DNA of 48,456 nt from Octopus bimaculoides. Taxonomy: Eukaryota. Shown one piece after another: positions 45,840-48,456 of the stretch; within the stretch, counting starts at the first letter, position 1; each line of letters opens with the position of its first letter. The position numbers and the translations under genes are program-made. The DNA lies in NCBI RefSeq assembly GCF_001194135.2, contig NC_068986.1, positions 26,755,829 to 26,804,284 on the forward strand, in the 5' to 3' direction. The notes under the pieces were generated by a model, which searched no databases, was not told the DNA's origin, and saw only the letters and a program-made list of their open reading frames with translations.

Positions 45840-46830
45840 TTATTATTGGAACTCCTGGAGTCTTGTATGTGTAGCAGGCTTGCTGCCTACAACCTTCAGT
45901 ACCATGCGATCTGTTCTTTTCAACTAATACTTTCCTGATTATTCTGGCTGTGCCAAGAAGGCACACCTTTTGTAACAGTTCTACTGGACATTTTATTCCA
46001 ATTTCCTTTATATTCCTCTTGATGCCTTATGATGCTATCCTAAAGGATCCAACAATAATTGGCACTATCTTCACCCTCTTTATTTTCCATAGCCAGCCTA
46101 TTTCATACTTAAGAGGATTGTATATATTTTTTCACCTTCCTTCTTAACTATTTGTGGGTCAAAGGGGCATGTAACATCAATTATATAACGTATGTGGTGC
46201 ACCTTATCCATCACCACTAGGTCTGGTTTGTTATGCTCTAGCATCTGATCTGTTTGGATTGGAAAATCCTACAGGATTTTGCAGGTCTCTGATTCCACCA
46301 CGCTCCGGTTTCTAATCCTACCACATCTTGCCTCTCTCTCTAGACCCCACTTTTTGCATAGTTTCCAATGTAACACTTTCACTACATCATCGTTGCCACA
46401 ACTCGTAATGGTTTCGAGCAAGTCTAGGACATTTGTTCACGATATGGGCAATGGTTTCATCCACTCTATTACAGATGCGGCACAGTGAGCCAAAGCTTGG
46501 TCTTGTGCAGCCAGTCCTACCTATATTTTCCAGCAACTTCTACATGGAATTGATTATGTAGCCCCTTGTTGTATTTATTTATTTATGTGTTTCAGCCAAG
46601 TGGCTGCGGTCATGCTGGTGCACCACCTTCTTCATATTCTTTTTGTACTTCTTGCTTTGTTTTTCTCTCTTTCTCTGCTTTCACTATGCCTTTATTCCTA
46701 ACTGACGCTAGCAAGGGTTCCTTACTTTGAGATAGGTATCTCAGTAAGCTCCCGGGTTTGGTATGTACGCAGTCTTCCACACTTATCAGTTCCCAGGCTG
46801 ATGTTTCTACACTATAATATTTCATCAGTG
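45840..46830 (-). mobile_element. R4/Dong-like RLE retrotransposon fragment (zinc knuckle + RLE), decayed
   Basis: Reverse strand AAQDQAL, CRICNRVDETIAHIVNKC, KIL*DFPIQTDQMLEHNKPDLVV, IIDVTCPFD, PIIVG, QKVCLLGTARIIRKVL; interrupted by a SINE piece near 46565-46625. Confidence 0.85.
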
Positions 46831-47699
46831 AAAACTATAGAGTTAATAGATGTATATGTCATAGAAGAGAAAAGGTTTTTTGTGCTTTCATAGTTTCAAT
46901 GAAATACAGTTGGACAGCTCTGATATATTGTCCAACTATATACTTCTTTTACTATTTTGCCACTAAATGTTATAGGCAAATACTTCTATTTTACACCTAG
47001 GAGAGGAGGGTTAAAATGAATTTGGCCATATTTGAACTAAGATTCATAAACTATAAAATTGCTTATCACTTAGTGGGAACAACAGAATCATTATCCTGCT
47101 GCTCAAAAGGGAATCTTCATGTTTTGTTATTTCTCAATGACTATACGATGTCATTGATAACATAAAATTTGGAACATGAGACTAACAGCTAAGATATTAA
47201 AGAGTTTATCTAGGTGAAGGTTTAGCTATGATATTTTCCAAACAGGTATCATGTAATTCCTTGTTAACATTTGAAAGAAATACATGATACAACTGGGGTC
47301 TTCAAGAGAAATTTGGCAAGATGGAACAAGACAGTTTTCAGGTTCTTTCAGAATTTGAGAGCTGTGCGAGTTTTGATCAGGGAGGAGTCTGGTAGATAAT
47401 CTTGAACCACTTGTTGGTTCTCTGACTTGAAATGTTTAGTTGAACATATTTCCCCAAGTACTTATTCTGTTTTGAGTCTGCTACACTTATTCTATTTTTT
47501 TCCTTTTGGTGAAACAGCATCAAACCAATTCTGGCAGTCAAGTGGTGTGGGACACACTCCACAATATGCACATACACATATGTATGTGTATACTCACACA
47601 CATACACACACTGAACCTCCACACAATTTTATTCTATCAGATTCACTCACAAGGCATTGAGTGATCCAAGGCTAACAGTTGTTTGGTTGCACGTCTCTG

Positions 47700-48075
47700 A
47701 ACAGTTTTCAGGAGGTCACTGTCCTGAGAAAGATAGGGGTTCCAGATTGGTGACGCAAATTCACCATAGCCATATACAGACTTAAATAGATTGCTGGAGA
47801 GCGGCTGATAAAGGTCTTGCTGAGTGGTGCCAAGACACCCTTGGCCTTCTTAACAATTTTAGAGATGTGCTTTGTCCAGCTCAGATCACTGCTGACAGTA
47901 ATGCCCAGGTCACGTTCACAAGAACACTTCTTGATATTAGTGTTGTGGACAGAGTATGTGGATGTTGGGTTTATCCTCCCAACATGCATGGTAGTATACT
48001 TGTCCACAATCAGCTTGAGTTGCCAGTCTGTGATCCTTTGTTGCATTGTGTCCAGGTCCGATTGCAGGAAAGATC
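47700..48075 (-). mobile_element. CR1-clade LINE RT C-terminal fragment
   Basis: LQSDLDTMQQ...MHVGR...ERDLGITVSSDLSWTKHISKIVKKAKGVL...LY. Confidence 0.85.
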
Positions 48076-48094
48076 TATAGTGTTATGTAGTAGT

Positions 48095-48222
48095 GAGTTC
48101 ATATCCTGCTGAGGTCAGCTTTGCCTTTAATCCTTTCAGGGTCAATAAGGTGCCAGTCAAGTAGAAGAGTTGAAATACTTGTGAGGATAACCGCTGCCCT
48201 AACCACTGGGCCATTGCGCCTC
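48095..48222. mobile_element. Two abutting SINE head fragments
   Basis: gagttcatatcctgctgaggtcagctttgcc (family B, plus strand) and ctaaccactgggccattgcgcctcc (A-box-like, minus strand). Confidence 0.6.
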
Positions 48223-48456
48223 CACTTTGAAAAAGTACTTTAATGTTAAAAATTGCTGTCATATATTCGGTTTATGATAAGAAAGTTAAAATGGAAAAGA
48301 ATAATAGTAAGCAATCAGCTTTAAATGATAATTATTTTTAAAATAGCACCCCCCCCACGAATGTAATATCATAATCTCTGTTTTTTAAAGTGAAAGCCAC
48401 AGCAAAAATTTCGAGTAAAGTTTTTTTTTTTAAATCCCTAAAAATTGACTGTGGGT

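Overview
AT-rich eukaryotic genomic DNA. The SINE/LINE content and microsatellite-flanked N gaps suggest an octopus (inference). The left half (1638-24384, minus strand) holds 11 hand-assembled coding exons of a PPIG/NKTR-type (Moca-family) nuclear cyclophilin: an N-terminal PPIase domain, a Ser/Lys-rich linker and an RS-like tail. They give 522 in-frame codons with consistent intron phases and GT-AG ends; the 3' end most likely lies left of the window. The rest is a dense mobile-element landscape: RTE LINEs and many 5'-truncated copies of their 3' tail, CR1/L2-group fragments, two R4/Dong-like RLE elements, a Ty3/gypsy remnant, an LTR-like segment, tRNA-derived SINEs and MITEs of several TSD classes. 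There are two assembly gaps. I found no long unexplained ORF and no evidence of a new protein-coding system. The most notable structures are an RTE insertion with twin-priming-type 5' inversion, a 577-bp foldback element with a perfect 8-bp TSD, a 309-bp near-perfect palindrome, and inverted repeat pairs inside PPIG introns that could form dsRNA. All coordinates and alignments were worked out by eye; no searches were run.
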